DNA from: a virus
Taxonomy: Duplodnaviria; Caudoviricetes
Strand: one strand, 5' to 3'
DNA: 64,000 bases
IMG/VR virus record: IMGVR_UViG_3300032038_000048
Span: 1-64,000 of that record
The notes under the pieces were generated by a model that searched no databases, was not told the origin of the DNA, and was given only the letters and a program-made list of their open reading frames with translations. Positions within the stretch are counted from its first letter, which is position 1. The number at the start of each line of letters is the position of its first letter. This document shows positions 35,901-45,653 of the stretch, piece by piece. The position numbers were made by a program, and so were the translations under genes.

Positions 35901-36241
35901 CGCTCTACACCCACCGTTGGCAGGTCGTATTTAGCGAAGATTTTGTTAGCCATAGCAAGGTACTGTTTCAGAACATTAGCGGACATTCTCTCTCCACCTG
36001 TCGTATGTTCCCAGTCGGCATCCGACTCGCGGATAGTACCAGTCTGAGTAGGACCGCCTGCCACCCACACATATAGCCATGCGAGAACTAAATCCCGCTG
36101 TTTCTGTGTGGCATCCATATATACTGTTTCGGGCGATACCTCTACATCTGCGCATATTGACAATATGGCATTGTCAGGAACAGTTATATTCCTGACTTTG
36201 CCATTTAAGTAGTCTTTTATAGTGAAGGTTGAATTATCCAT
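35852..36241 (-). CDS. Putative head-tail adaptor
   Basis: Small helical protein directly after the capsid gene. Confidence 0.5.
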   Translation of the reverse strand: MDNSTFTIKDYLNGKVRNITVPDNAILSICADVEVSPETVYMDATQKQRDLVLAWLYVWVAGGPTQTGTIRESDADWEHTTGGERMSANVLKQYLAMANKIFAKYDLPTVGVERWGMVGRGIRNPQKCR

Positions 36242-36263
36242 TTCAGGCTATATATGAAGTTTG

Positions 36264-37439
36264 TTAGCTGCTGGCGCTGCTGCTAGTACCCGAACTTGAA
36301 CTTGCGGTCTCATCCCATACGGTAACAATACCATACTCATCCAGGTTATTGAACACAGGACCCGCGTACAGTTCGCAGTCAACGATATTCATAATAGGAC
36401 GCTCCTGCCAACTGTTAAGTACGGCGATGCGACCTTCAACGAATGAATAGAGGTCAGAGGGGTTAAGACCACCCAGCTTCACCCTGTCAGCATAGATTGA
36501 GTTCATGCACTTCATCTCAAACGGACGATAAGCTCTGCTTACTGCGGCGATGTTGTGCTTGTCGAAAGCAGGAGCATCGGCAACAGGCTTGCCATCTTCC
36601 TCGTGACGAGACTTGAAGTCAATAACATCAAACGGCCAGATACCCATATCCTGATGCAGCCATGTGAGAACATCGGTGCGAGCCACCTTTATGTCTGCAT
36701 TTGTCGGAGCGTAGTAATTCTTCGATTCTTTGTATGCGGCAATCACCTTCGGGTGCTTCAAAACCTTGTCGAACAGCTCTCTTGACATCTTCCAGTGGTC
36801 CACACCAAGCGAAAGGGTGTTAGTGTAGTAGTCCTGGAAGTCGAGCAGATCCTGAACCACATCAGCACTTGCATTGGGAGCACCAGTAGCATCAAACCAG
36901 TTAGCGGTCGGTCTCAAGAAGTTCTCGTTAGGTATCTGGAAGTCAAAGTCGTAGGTGTAGCCATCCACTGCTACATCATAGATACGGCCAGTAGACATTG
37001 CCTGCAAGGTCATGTATGACAGTTCGTTGTGGATGCCACCGAGCATATTGCTGGAGTTCTGAATGAAGCTGTCAAGAAGAACCTCGCCAAATGCCTGGTC
37101 GTTGATTTTTGACAAGCGACGAAGTTCGAGCAGGTCATCCTGGGTGATATTGAAGCCGTGACCTATCTTAGGCAGCGTGCCAGCATACAGTTTCCATCCT
37201 TCTGTACTGCGCTGCGGCTTCTCAGAGTGTGTACCGAGAACGCTTGCACGAACAAGGATAGGAGTTTTCTTAACACCCTGCTTCCAATCGCGATCGTTGG
37301 TAGGCTGCCCCCATGTAGCGTATTTGCGCCAGATAGCATTGTTGTACTTGCTATTTACACTATCAAGGATAAGCTTAAAGTCTTCTGTACCAAGATAGTT
37401 ATACAGTCCACCTATGCCATATAAATTCATGTCTCTCAT
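36264..37439 (-). CDS. Major capsid protein (HK97 fold, lambda gpE-like)
   Basis: 391 aa after scaffold/decoration; GTLPKIGHG, HNELSYMTLQAMSTGRI..YDFDFQIP, W..ADVVQDL; ends WDETASSSSGTSSSASS. Confidence 0.85.
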   Translation of the reverse strand: MRDMNLYGIGGLYNYLGTEDFKLILDSVNSKYNNAIWRKYATWGQPTNDRDWKQGVKKTPILVRASVLGTHSEKPQRSTEGWKLYAGTLPKIGHGFNITQDDLLELRRLSKINDQAFGEVLLDSFIQNSSNMLGGIHNELSYMTLQAMSTGRIYDVAVDGYTYDFDFQIPNENFLRPTANWFDATGAPNASADVVQDLLDFQDYYTNTLSLGVDHWKMSRELFDKVLKHPKVIAAYKESKNYYAPTNADIKVARTDVLTWLHQDMGIWPFDVIDFKSRHEEDGKPVADAPAFDKHNIAAVSRAYRPFEMKCMNSIYADRVKLGGLNPSDLYSFVEGRIAVLNSWQERPIMNIVDCELYAGPVFNNLDEYGIVTVWDETASSSSGTSSSASS

Positions 37440-37455
37440 AATCTAAACTCCTTTC

Positions 37456-38097
37456 TTATTTACGGTTAGAGAAACGGAAATAGCACTCGTTGTCACGGAG
37501 AGCCTTTTTCAAACTGTCAGTCAGAGGGAGCATACGACGTTCGAGGACAGGCTTGTCAATGCAGTTCCAAACGTAGTCTATATCCATAGCGTATGCTTTC
37601 TCGTCACGCACATTATCACAGTAGGTCAGACCGTTAGGTATGGCGATGATTTTCTTATCGTCACCACTAACAGCCAGCACATCGTTGACGGAGATGCCAG
37701 TAGTAGCATCTACAGTCAATACATCCACATCATCAGCAGAAGAATCCACACTGGCAACGGTAGCCTGATTTGCGCTGGCCTGCGAAAGGTCTGCGCCAAC
37801 AGGGATAAGCTTCATTCCTGCGGAAGCGAGTGTTCCAGTTTCAAACTTCTCAACAGTGATGGTTTTTGCACCAGAATCAACGGCAGTCACCTTAAAGGTG
37901 TAGATGGGGGTAATTGTACGCGCCTGCTCGTCGGCATACACCAAGGTACCTGCGGGAACTGCTGCGTTCAGGGGCAGAAGGTCAATGTCAACCTTAAAGC
38001 CACCAACAGCCACAGTAGGCTTTCCTTCGTAGCATTTGCGGACACCACCACATTTTGTACTCCAGTCGAAGTAATTGTTGGTTGTTCCTTTTCTCAT
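37456..38097 (-). CDS. Head decoration / capsid cement protein
   Basis: VPAGTLV motif; lies between scaffold and capsid. Confidence 0.65.
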   Translation of the reverse strand: MRKGTTNNYFDWSTKCGGVRKCYEGKPTVAVGGFKVDIDLLPLNAAVPAGTLVYADEQARTITPIYTFKVTAVDSGAKTITVEKFETGTLASAGMKLIPVGADLSQASANQATVASVDSSADDVDVLTVDATTGISVNDVLAVSGDDKKIIAIPNGLTYCDNVRDEKAYAMDIDYVWNCIDKPVLERRMLPLTDSLKKALRDNECYFRFSNRK

Positions 38098-38142
38098 TTT
38101 AGTCTTTGTTTTGGTTGAAAACTCTCTTTTACGTTCGTGTGG

Positions 38143-38958
38143 TTACACAAACGATTTTGCCAAGTCAGATGAATAGTTCATGTTTTCCGTAGCCTCGGTG
38201 CTCAACTTGTCAAGTTTCTCTTTGACAAAAGAAACGCCACCTCCTGTACCACCCGAACTGTTTCCTCCAAATGGCTGTCCTCCGTCGCCATAAAACCTCT
38301 TGTAGTTGCTTTCGTAGTTCTTCTCAGCAAGAACTTTCAGTTCGGCGATATTTGGGGTTTCTCCGATTTTAATCTGTCCTACAGTAAGGTCAATGACCGC
38401 CTCTTTGTCAGCCTTACGGCTTTTCAGATAACTTGTCAGTTCCTTTCGGACATTATTTTCCACGGAAGCCTTTTCTCTCGCTTTGAAATCTTTTGTAAAA
38501 TCGGATATTTCCTTCATGCTCTTGCCAATAATACCGTCTTCTTTGGTTAACTGCAAAATAGCAGCCTCTACAGCGGCATTTATCTTGCTTTCAATATCAT
38601 CGGCATTGCGCTCAACGGCCTTATCATCGGGCTTGATGCTCTTTTTGTATTCCTCAATCGCATCTTCCTTTGCTTTACGAATACGCTCCTCTACATCTTT
38701 CTCATGCTCAGAAGTGTAATCTTTCTTGTATTTCTCTGCGAACACCTTGTCATCGTGACGCTTCTGGCCTGCATATTCCCTAAGAACAGCAAGAGGTTGC
38801 GACCACGTTTCATCGGTAATTGCTTCATCGTTGGCAAACTGGCTCAGATATATGCCAGCGATACCGTCAAACGTCTTGTTACTAATAACCGATGCTGTGT
38901 CTTCTCCCAGCTTCGATTTTAGATTTTCAACGAGAATGTCTTTCTCCATTTGTTTCAA
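38143..38958 (-). CDS. Capsid scaffolding protein
   Basis: Highly charged coiled-coil protein with a Gly-rich C-terminal linker; first gene of the head operon. Confidence 0.6.
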   Translation of the reverse strand: MKQMEKDILVENLKSKLGEDTASVISNKTFDGIAGIYLSQFANDEAITDETWSQPLAVLREYAGQKRHDDKVFAEKYKKDYTSEHEKDVEERIRKAKEDAIEEYKKSIKPDDKAVERNADDIESKINAAVEAAILQLTKEDGIIGKSMKEISDFTKDFKAREKASVENNVRKELTSYLKSRKADKEAVIDLTVGQIKIGETPNIAELKVLAEKNYESNYKRFYGDGGQPFGGNSSGGTGGGVSFVKEKLDKLSTEATENMNYSSDLAKSFV

Positions 38959-39011
38959 AGTTTAAGTTAAGACTAATCAGATGTTTTTCATCTGAGTGTA
39001 AAGATTTTTCG

Positions 39012-39019
39012 CAAAAATA
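39012..39019 (-). promoter_or_regulatory. -7 element (TATTTTTG) for the head/tail operon
   Basis: TAnnTTTG match in the divergent intergenic region. Confidence 0.45.
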
Positions 39020-39104
39020 AGGAAATAGAAATTATTTTTACATAGTTTTATCGGGAAAATACGTATTTTCCCTAATTTTTTCCATTTTTACGTTCATAAA
39101 TATT

Positions 39105-39112
39105 TACTTTTG
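39105..39112 (+). promoter_or_regulatory. -7 element (TACTTTTG) for the packaging operon
   Basis: TAnnTTTG match 22 nt before the terL ATG. Confidence 0.45.
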
Positions 39113-39134
39113 TCAAAAATCAATGTAAAATATT

Positions 39135-41873
39135 ATGAAAGAAGGCGATTTTGATAGTTTACTGAGAACAGCTGGAGGGAAACCGATTTTCCCTTATGAG
39201 TATGTTGATGAGCTCCGAAAGCGCGAAGAGAAGAAAAACAACTCTAATTTCTTTATCGCGCAAGAAGGAGCACAGGAGAATGATTTGCATAGTACGGTAG
39301 ATATTCTTGTAACTGGTGGAAACAGAGGCGGTGGCAAGGCTAATACCTACCAAACACCCGTAATCACACCATCTGGTGTAAAAAAGATGGGAGAACTGCA
39401 AGTTGGTGATTTGATATGTACCCCTTACGAAGGAATACAAAAGGTAAAGGAGATTTTTGAGCAGGGAGTGCAGACGGCGTACACCTTTCATTTTGACGAT
39501 GGAACCGTAGTCAGATGCATGGATAATCACCAGTTCTGGGCAAGGGCACACCACGACGAGCCTTTCATGGTTTGGGATGCAAGAGAGATAATGAACCTAT
39601 ATAAAATAGGCGCACGTTATCCTGGCTCTCTGCGTACAGGTGTAACTGAATATGTTGAATTTCCTCTCTGTGGCGAGGTGAAGATGGTGGAAAGCAGGGG
39701 CGCGATAGAGTTACCAATAGACCCAGGTATTCTTGGGATGATAAGCCGCACTGGAGTATGGGAGTTTGGCGGCAGAGGTATTCGTGCGTGCAAATCAAGT
39801 TACCTTGTCAGAATGATGTATATGAAGGGTTATATAGCAAAAAAATGCAAAACCGACAATTATTACTACATAAAATCCTTGACAACAGAACAAAGAAGGG
39901 CTGTAGGGATGAATTTTGGCACAAGCGCCGCTAAAGTGCCAACTATATATATGACTGCATCCGTTGAAGCTCGATGGCAATACCTCAAAGGACTTATGGG
40001 CGAAAAACCTCACATGACTAAAAATGTGCCCTATATTATAGTTCACGGAAAGAAGTTTGCGGAAGACGTAGCGCAACTTGCCCGCTCATTGGGAATATGG
40101 GCATATTGCGGGGAAGTAACGGACAGTATAGAGCAAGCGGGATTATGGAGAGTTAACTTCTTTGCCCCCAACAACAAAAATTTCTTTTATTCAGAACAAT
40201 ACAAGAAAGCAGCAAAAGAAAATGGTGTGGTGGCGAAAAGACCAGATAACCCCGACAACCTGACAAAGAAACTTCTATATGTAGCAAGAATGGATGAGAA
40301 GGTACCATGCAGATGTATTACTGTAACAGGAAAGGATCACCTTTATCTTACAGACGGGTTTACAGTCAACCATAATACCGCCCTAATGCTTATGGAAGGT
40401 TTGTATGATATAAACAATAAACATTTCCATAGCGTGCTCTTTAGAAAAAACAAGGATGACTTTGCCAACATAGAGAACGAGAGCAGACGATGGTTTCGCA
40501 ACCTCGGCAGATATAACAAGTCAAAGGATGATATGACTTGGAACTTTAAGTCTGGAGCAAAGATGTCCTTCGACCATTTCGATATGACTCTAAAAGATTT
40601 TGAAGATAAATACCGAGGTCAACAGTACGCGTACATTGGCATTGACGAGTTTCCGCAGATGCCTTTTGAGTTTATGAAAATTCTCATGGGCTCTAATCGA
40701 AATACTATTGGTGTGCGCTCACGCATCCTTGGCACATGTAATCCCGACCCGCTGTCATGGTTACGCAGATTTATTGACTGGTGGATAGGCAAAGAAGATA
40801 CTGTCTACTCTGATGGCAAAAAACACCCTGAGAGAAAAGGGCTTCCTATCCCCGAGCGTGACGGAGTGATACGGTATTGTTTTATGGGTGGAAACTCTGT
40901 GGATGATATTGTCTGGGGTGATACTCCACAAGAAGTATATGAACAATGCCGAGAAGAAATAGACAGCGCATGGGATGATGATTTTGCTCAGTATGGATGG
41001 GATAAAATGACATTTGCTGTCAAGTCCGTCACATTCATAAAGGCATCCATTAAGGAAAACAAGGCACTACTTAGGAATGACCCCGGGTATGTCGCATCTA
41101 TACTAAACAAATCACCAGAGGAAAGGGCGAGAGAGTGGGATGGCAATTGGGATGTAATAAACATGGGTAACGACACCATACAGCCGTATCACATGGAGCG
41201 TATATTCACCAACCCTCAAATGAGGGGAGATAATATTCGCAGGGCATCGTGCGATGTTGCGGGTACGGGCGGAGATAATTGTGTTACATGGCTGTGGATA
41301 GGCTGGCATGTAGCCGATGTGTATGTGTGCAGGCGCGACCCTTACTCTACTGTTTCACTATTACAATCCAAACTCAGGGAGTGGGGTGTGCTGGAGCAGA
41401 ACTTCACATACGACCTCAATGGTATGGGACAGGTCTTAAAAGGAGCGTTCCCGAAAGCAGTACCGTTTAATAATATGGAGGCTGTTAACCATCGCGATAA
41501 AGGGCTTTACGACAACATTAAATCGCAATGTGCCTACCGTTTTGCAGAGAAAACGCAACAAGGAGAATGGAGTATAGAACCTACGCTTCTTGACAGAAAA
41601 TACAAAGTGGGTAGCAATACAAATACATTACGCGACATACTACAACGTGAACGTAAGTGTATAAAACAGGATATGAGCAGGATGGATAAGGGGTGGTGCT
41701 TGATACACAAAGAGCAGATGAAACACAAATCCCTTGTCGGTCACTCTCCTGACTTCTTTGAAGCCCTGTTCATGCGCGAGGTGTTTGAATTAAAGCACCC
41801 TCCCGTGACTATCCCCACGTTCCTAAAAGGACACGTCAGAAGTATGCGTTCTTTTTCTTTTGTAAAAACATAA
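39135..41873 (+). CDS. terL: Terminase large subunit containing an intein
   Basis: Walker A GGNRGGGK/T split by the intein; Walker B YIGIDEFPQ; GTCNPD; nuclease SCDVAGTGGD..HSPDFFEAL. Confidence 0.92.
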   Translation: MKEGDFDSLLRTAGGKPIFPYEYVDELRKREEKKNNSNFFIAQEGAQENDLHSTVDILVTGGNRGGGKANTYQTPVITPSGVKKMGELQVGDLICTPYEGIQKVKEIFEQGVQTAYTFHFDDGTVVRCMDNHQFWARAHHDEPFMVWDAREIMNLYKIGARYPGSLRTGVTEYVEFPLCGEVKMVESRGAIELPIDPGILGMISRTGVWEFGGRGIRACKSSYLVRMMYMKGYIAKKCKTDNYYYIKSLTTEQRRAVGMNFGTSAAKVPTIYMTASVEARWQYLKGLMGEKPHMTKNVPYIIVHGKKFAEDVAQLARSLGIWAYCGEVTDSIEQAGLWRVNFFAPNNKNFFYSEQYKKAAKENGVVAKRPDNPDNLTKKLLYVARMDEKVPCRCITVTGKDHLYLTDGFTVNHNTALMLMEGLYDINNKHFHSVLFRKNKDDFANIENESRRWFRNLGRYNKSKDDMTWNFKSGAKMSFDHFDMTLKDFEDKYRGQQYAYIGIDEFPQMPFEFMKILMGSNRNTIGVRSRILGTCNPDPLSWLRRFIDWWIGKEDTVYSDGKKHPERKGLPIPERDGVIRYCFMGGNSVDDIVWGDTPQEVYEQCREEIDSAWDDDFAQYGWDKMTFAVKSVTFIKASIKENKALLRNDPGYVASILNKSPEERAREWDGNWDVINMGNDTIQPYHMERIFTNPQMRGDNIRRASCDVAGTGGDNCVTWLWIGWHVADVYVCRRDPYSTVSLLQSKLREWGVLEQNFTYDLNGMGQVLKGAFPKAVPFNNMEAVNHRDKGLYDNIKSQCAYRFAEKTQQGEWSIEPTLLDRKYKVGSNTNTLRDILQRERKCIKQDMSRMDKGWCLIHKEQMKHKSLVGHSPDFFEALFMREVFELKHPPVTIPTFLKGHVRSMRSFSFVKT
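39339..40376 (+). mobile_element. Intein (346 aa) with degenerate LAGLIDADG-type endonuclease
   Basis: Starts ANTYQTPVITPSG..GELQVGD (Hint N); ends PCRCITV..HLYLTDGFTVNHN/T. Confidence 0.9.
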
Positions 41874-41894
41874 CTAAACTAAACTATTATATCA

Positions 41895-43646
41895 ATGGCA
41901 ACACAAAACACTTTTCTGCGAGGGCTGCTGACAAAAAGACCGTTCTATCGCATCAGTCCTGAAAACGCAAAAACTGTCAGATGGACTTTTACTGACAGAA
42001 TGGAGAGAACGGTGACAAGAGACAAGGTTTTAATGAGAGAAGTCACTCAGGCAGACTTTATCAGGGAACTTGATACCGACTCGCACGCTATCAATAGTCA
42101 GGAAATCTACAAGACTTACTGGCAGAAAGATGAAGACGGAAAATTCTACGAAGCGGATTTTCCACGCTACGCATTTCCTTTTCAACAGGAAATACTCGAC
42201 GACAGACTTGCGCGACTTACGGGCAACGACATTCAGTTTGAATTAGCTGACATAGACAACGAACATCGCGGATGGGAAACCTTCAACAGGCATAAGGCGG
42301 GATGGGCAGACAAGGGCATGGAGAGGGCATGGCACTACCTTGCAAAGTCCGTGCTCTCCACTGGTGACGGTGCTTTTGTCGGCATCCTTGACAACGGCGT
42401 ATTCAGATGGAAGGTTCTTTCTTTTGCTGCGGGCGATGTCCTATACCCTCACTATGATATACGGACAGGACGAATGGATGTATTTGCGCGTACATATACA
42501 AATTATGACAACGAAGGTAATACCAGACACTACATTGATGTATGGGATGATGCTTACTATTACCGTTTTATAGACAGCATAGAAAACGACAATAAAGACA
42601 GCAAAGATAAACTTGATGGTTTTGATACATCGGGCTATACACTTGAAACAAAGGAGAAACACGGCTTTAATGAGATACCCGTGTCATATAAACGCTGCGA
42701 AACAGGCCCTTGCTGGTCGCCAGTACAAGAACTGATAGAACATTACGAAGCTGCCTTTTCCAGACTTGCACAGTCAAACCACGAATTTGGCCTGCCTATA
42801 CTCGGCCTCTATGGTGATGGTCAGGATATGCAGGAACTTGCCACCTCTGATATGTCCTATGCATCCAAGATTTTCCTTATACCGTCGGAGGGTAAAGCAG
42901 AATTTCTGAACAGACAGGATGCATCGTCGGCCTACAAGACAGAACTCGATGAACTACGCAAGAAAATCTACGAGGGTGCAATGGTTGTAAAAGCACCAGA
43001 ACTAAAATCGGGTGACACGCCTGCCGCTGCAATAAAACTACTTTACTCAGACTCTTATAACAAGGCACTACTTGAAGCAGAGGAATACGATGAGTGTGTG
43101 CAGGAGATGGTACGTATCTTCCGATGGGGTTACGGCATAGAATGTGAACATAGACTGGACTTCGCAAACACACGGATAGTATTCTATATCAGACCATTTA
43201 TCCCTATCAACGACCAGGAAGTAACAAACAACCTTGCTATGGCGGTGCAGAACGGTTTCTGTTCCAAGCAGACAGCATCAGAGAAATTCTATCACGCAAC
43301 ACCTAACGAATGGCACAGACTATTACAGGAAAAGCATGATGAGCAGATGCATCAGTTACTTATCGAAGAACAGCGACTGGAGATACAACAGGAAAACACC
43401 ATCGAAACACAAGAGCAACTCTCTGAGATACAGACCGAAGCACAGATAGATGTCATTAACGCGCAGAATAACGAAGAGGACAAAGAGAGCGGTGATGACG
43501 ATAATACAAAGAAGGCTCGTTCCCGTAAAGGTTCGGTTGCTACAGGCAGAGGTAGCGGAAGACCAAACAAATCTGGTCGTACATACGATGATAGCCGAAA
43601 CTGGGCAGGACGTAATAATTGGGATGAATGGAATCAATCTCACTAA
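41895..43646 (+). CDS. Portal protein (SPP1 gp6-like)
   Basis: 583 aa after TerL; HGFNEIPVSY, ELKSGDTPAAAIKLLY, RPFIPINDQE..SKQTASE. Confidence 0.85.
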   Translation: MATQNTFLRGLLTKRPFYRISPENAKTVRWTFTDRMERTVTRDKVLMREVTQADFIRELDTDSHAINSQEIYKTYWQKDEDGKFYEADFPRYAFPFQQEILDDRLARLTGNDIQFELADIDNEHRGWETFNRHKAGWADKGMERAWHYLAKSVLSTGDGAFVGILDNGVFRWKVLSFAAGDVLYPHYDIRTGRMDVFARTYTNYDNEGNTRHYIDVWDDAYYYRFIDSIENDNKDSKDKLDGFDTSGYTLETKEKHGFNEIPVSYKRCETGPCWSPVQELIEHYEAAFSRLAQSNHEFGLPILGLYGDGQDMQELATSDMSYASKIFLIPSEGKAEFLNRQDASSAYKTELDELRKKIYEGAMVVKAPELKSGDTPAAAIKLLYSDSYNKALLEAEEYDECVQEMVRIFRWGYGIECEHRLDFANTRIVFYIRPFIPINDQEVTNNLAMAVQNGFCSKQTASEKFYHATPNEWHRLLQEKHDEQMHQLLIEEQRLEIQQENTIETQEQLSEIQTEAQIDVINAQNNEEDKESGDDDNTKKARSRKGSVATGRGSGRPNKSGRTYDDSRNWAGRNNWDEWNQSH

Positions 43647-43655
43647 TAAGCAGAC

Positions 43656-44543
43656 ATGGCAGAACCTATAAGAATAAAATTAGACACAACCAAATATAAA
43701 ACGCCAACCGAAGAGGATGTACGCGCCGCAAAGCAGTACATCCTCCAAAGGGAAGCACACGCGGAACTTCTGGCAGGGGAGGTAGATGAATTTCTTGAAG
43801 ATGCAGCGAGAAGTATAGTTACTATATGCTATAGATACGGCATTGAACCTAGGCAGTTCGTGATTTCGTCTACCTATAACCGCGACATGATGGATGAGAT
43901 AGCGTCAGTTATGGATGAGTTGGAAGAAAACATACTCTCTATATTAGAACGTCACGCCACCGCGTGTACGGACGATGTAAAAAGGAAGAGGGTGCTATGG
44001 GCGTGGGTTCTTCTTCTCGGGAAAAAAGGTAAAGACCTGCGAAACACACTTGAAGGTTATTTAAGTAAATTCCTTAAAGACCTTGAAGCCGCACTTGCAG
44101 CCATGAGTTATAATGGCAGAAGCCAGACCGAAGCAATCTGGCTTGTAAGAAAGTATCTTCACGACATTTACGGTATGCCCGATGTTGTTGCTTCTTTTCA
44201 GCATAAGGAAGATTTTGCTGCCACATACATCCTTTCGGGCGGCGTACAGAAAGGAGCGGTAGGTTTATCCAACAATGGCTCCACCAACGTAGTGAATATG
44301 AGCAGGATAACCACGCAAATGGCATGGATGAAGGAACAGGGGGAGGATTTTAAGAATCAGGGAGCTATTGGTTATTATCAGTTACGCGGAAGTGATTTTG
44401 ACTGTCCTATGTGCGACGACGAGGTGGGATTTTACCCCGACCTTAAAGGTATTTCTGAACACCCGTATGTACACCCCCACTGCAAATGTTATAGAATACC
44501 GATTTTTAGTAAAGAACAGATAGATGGACTTATCAACAAGTAA
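43656..44543 (+). CDS. Minor head protein (Mu gpF / SPP1 gp7-like)
   Basis: C-terminal CPMCDD..HPHCKC after portal. Confidence 0.7.
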   Translation: MAEPIRIKLDTTKYKTPTEEDVRAAKQYILQREAHAELLAGEVDEFLEDAARSIVTICYRYGIEPRQFVISSTYNRDMMDEIASVMDELEENILSILERHATACTDDVKRKRVLWAWVLLLGKKGKDLRNTLEGYLSKFLKDLEAALAAMSYNGRSQTEAIWLVRKYLHDIYGMPDVVASFQHKEDFAATYILSGGVQKGAVGLSNNGSTNVVNMSRITTQMAWMKEQGEDFKNQGAIGYYQLRGSDFDCPMCDDEVGFYPDLKGISEHPYVHPHCKCYRIPIFSKEQIDGLINK

Positions 44544-45111
44544 AACAGCAGAAGCAAAGAAACTAAAGACGAGTGTAGAGAACCTTGTCTTTGCCGACCT
44601 TCTCTCTATTGGCTATAGTGAGGCGGATGCGTATATTATCTCACACCCAGGCGACTCACAAATGAGCACACAGTATAGGGATAGCAATATGCGTAGAATA
44701 ACAAGGAGCTCCGCTTTTAGAGAACTTTGCGAAGAGAGAAAGCGCAGTAATACCACTCGGCTGGCATTTTCGGGCAATCTTGAAGATGTTGAACTTATTG
44801 ATGCAGAGGAAACGGCAAAGGAAATTCTAAAAATAGCAAGAATGATGCCTGAGCACTCCAAAGAGAGGGGTGAGATGTTTATGAAGTATGCCGATCTGAC
44901 GCGCAAAAATGACGCAGCAACGGAGGAATCCACAGATGCCATCAACTTCTATTTTCCCATCAAATGCGACCAATGCCCGTTACTGACAGCATACAATGAT
45001 TTCCTTAAGCGAAACAAAACAAAAGAAGTGCGCCCCGTAGAAATGGAGCGTATAATAAGGCTTTCTCATAGTATCATAAAGAAAGCCATAAAAGAAGAGA
45101 GTGAGGATTAA
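44524..45111 (+). CDS. Hypothetical protein, possibly small terminase
   Basis: Helical 195-aa protein closing the packaging operon; the TerS call rests on position only. Confidence 0.4.
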   Translation: MDLSTSKTAEAKKLKTSVENLVFADLLSIGYSEADAYIISHPGDSQMSTQYRDSNMRRITRSSAFRELCEERKRSNTTRLAFSGNLEDVELIDAEETAKEILKIARMMPEHSKERGEMFMKYADLTRKNDAATEESTDAINFYFPIKCDQCPLLTAYNDFLKRNKTKEVRPVEMERIIRLSHSIIKKAIKEESED

Positions 45112-45653
45112 ACCTCACTCTCCTTGCTTTTGTCAATCTCGTCTGAAACCCGTTCGGCAAGTTCTTCTTTTTCGTCTTGTTCCTCGTCGTAAGAGTCCTC
45201 CACATACTCATCATACCCGTTACGCCACTTTATAAATTTCTTTATCAGCGTTTTTGCATCTGAGACAAGTCCCTTGCGGTGTTTTTTCTCTAGAAGAGAA
45301 GGATGCGCGTATGCAGTGACTATAAGTTCCAGTGCCCGTTGGAAAAAACCATTTCCGATGGCTGTGGCGTAATTCATATTACTAAGCAGTGTGCGCAGGA
45401 CTATCTCTCCCCTTGACTTCACAACCTCGTCATCGGAGGTATAGTCATTATATGTCATAGTGAGGATGCTAAACATCTCCCATGTGGCAGGTATGCGAAC
45501 CATCCAACTTCCGTCAAGATTCGAGACATAGATACATTCGATGTTCTCTTTCCTTTTCCCTTTGCCTGCATCAAGACCGAACCTGCTTCGCCAGATTTTG
45601 AAATTACCCACCCTTGCAGGTCTTACAAACGGTATCTTCTGAGTATCATCCAT
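45108..45653 (-). CDS. Hypothetical protein
   Basis: 181-aa ORF, end of the minus-strand replication block. Confidence 0.65.
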   Translation of the reverse strand: MDDTQKIPFVRPARVGNFKIWRSRFGLDAGKGKRKENIECIYVSNLDGSWMVRIPATWEMFSILTMTYNDYTSDDEVVKSRGEIVLRTLLSNMNYATAIGNGFFQRALELIVTAYAHPSLLEKKHRKGLVSDAKTLIKKFIKWRNGYDEYVEDSYDEEQDEKEELAERVSDEIDKSKESEV

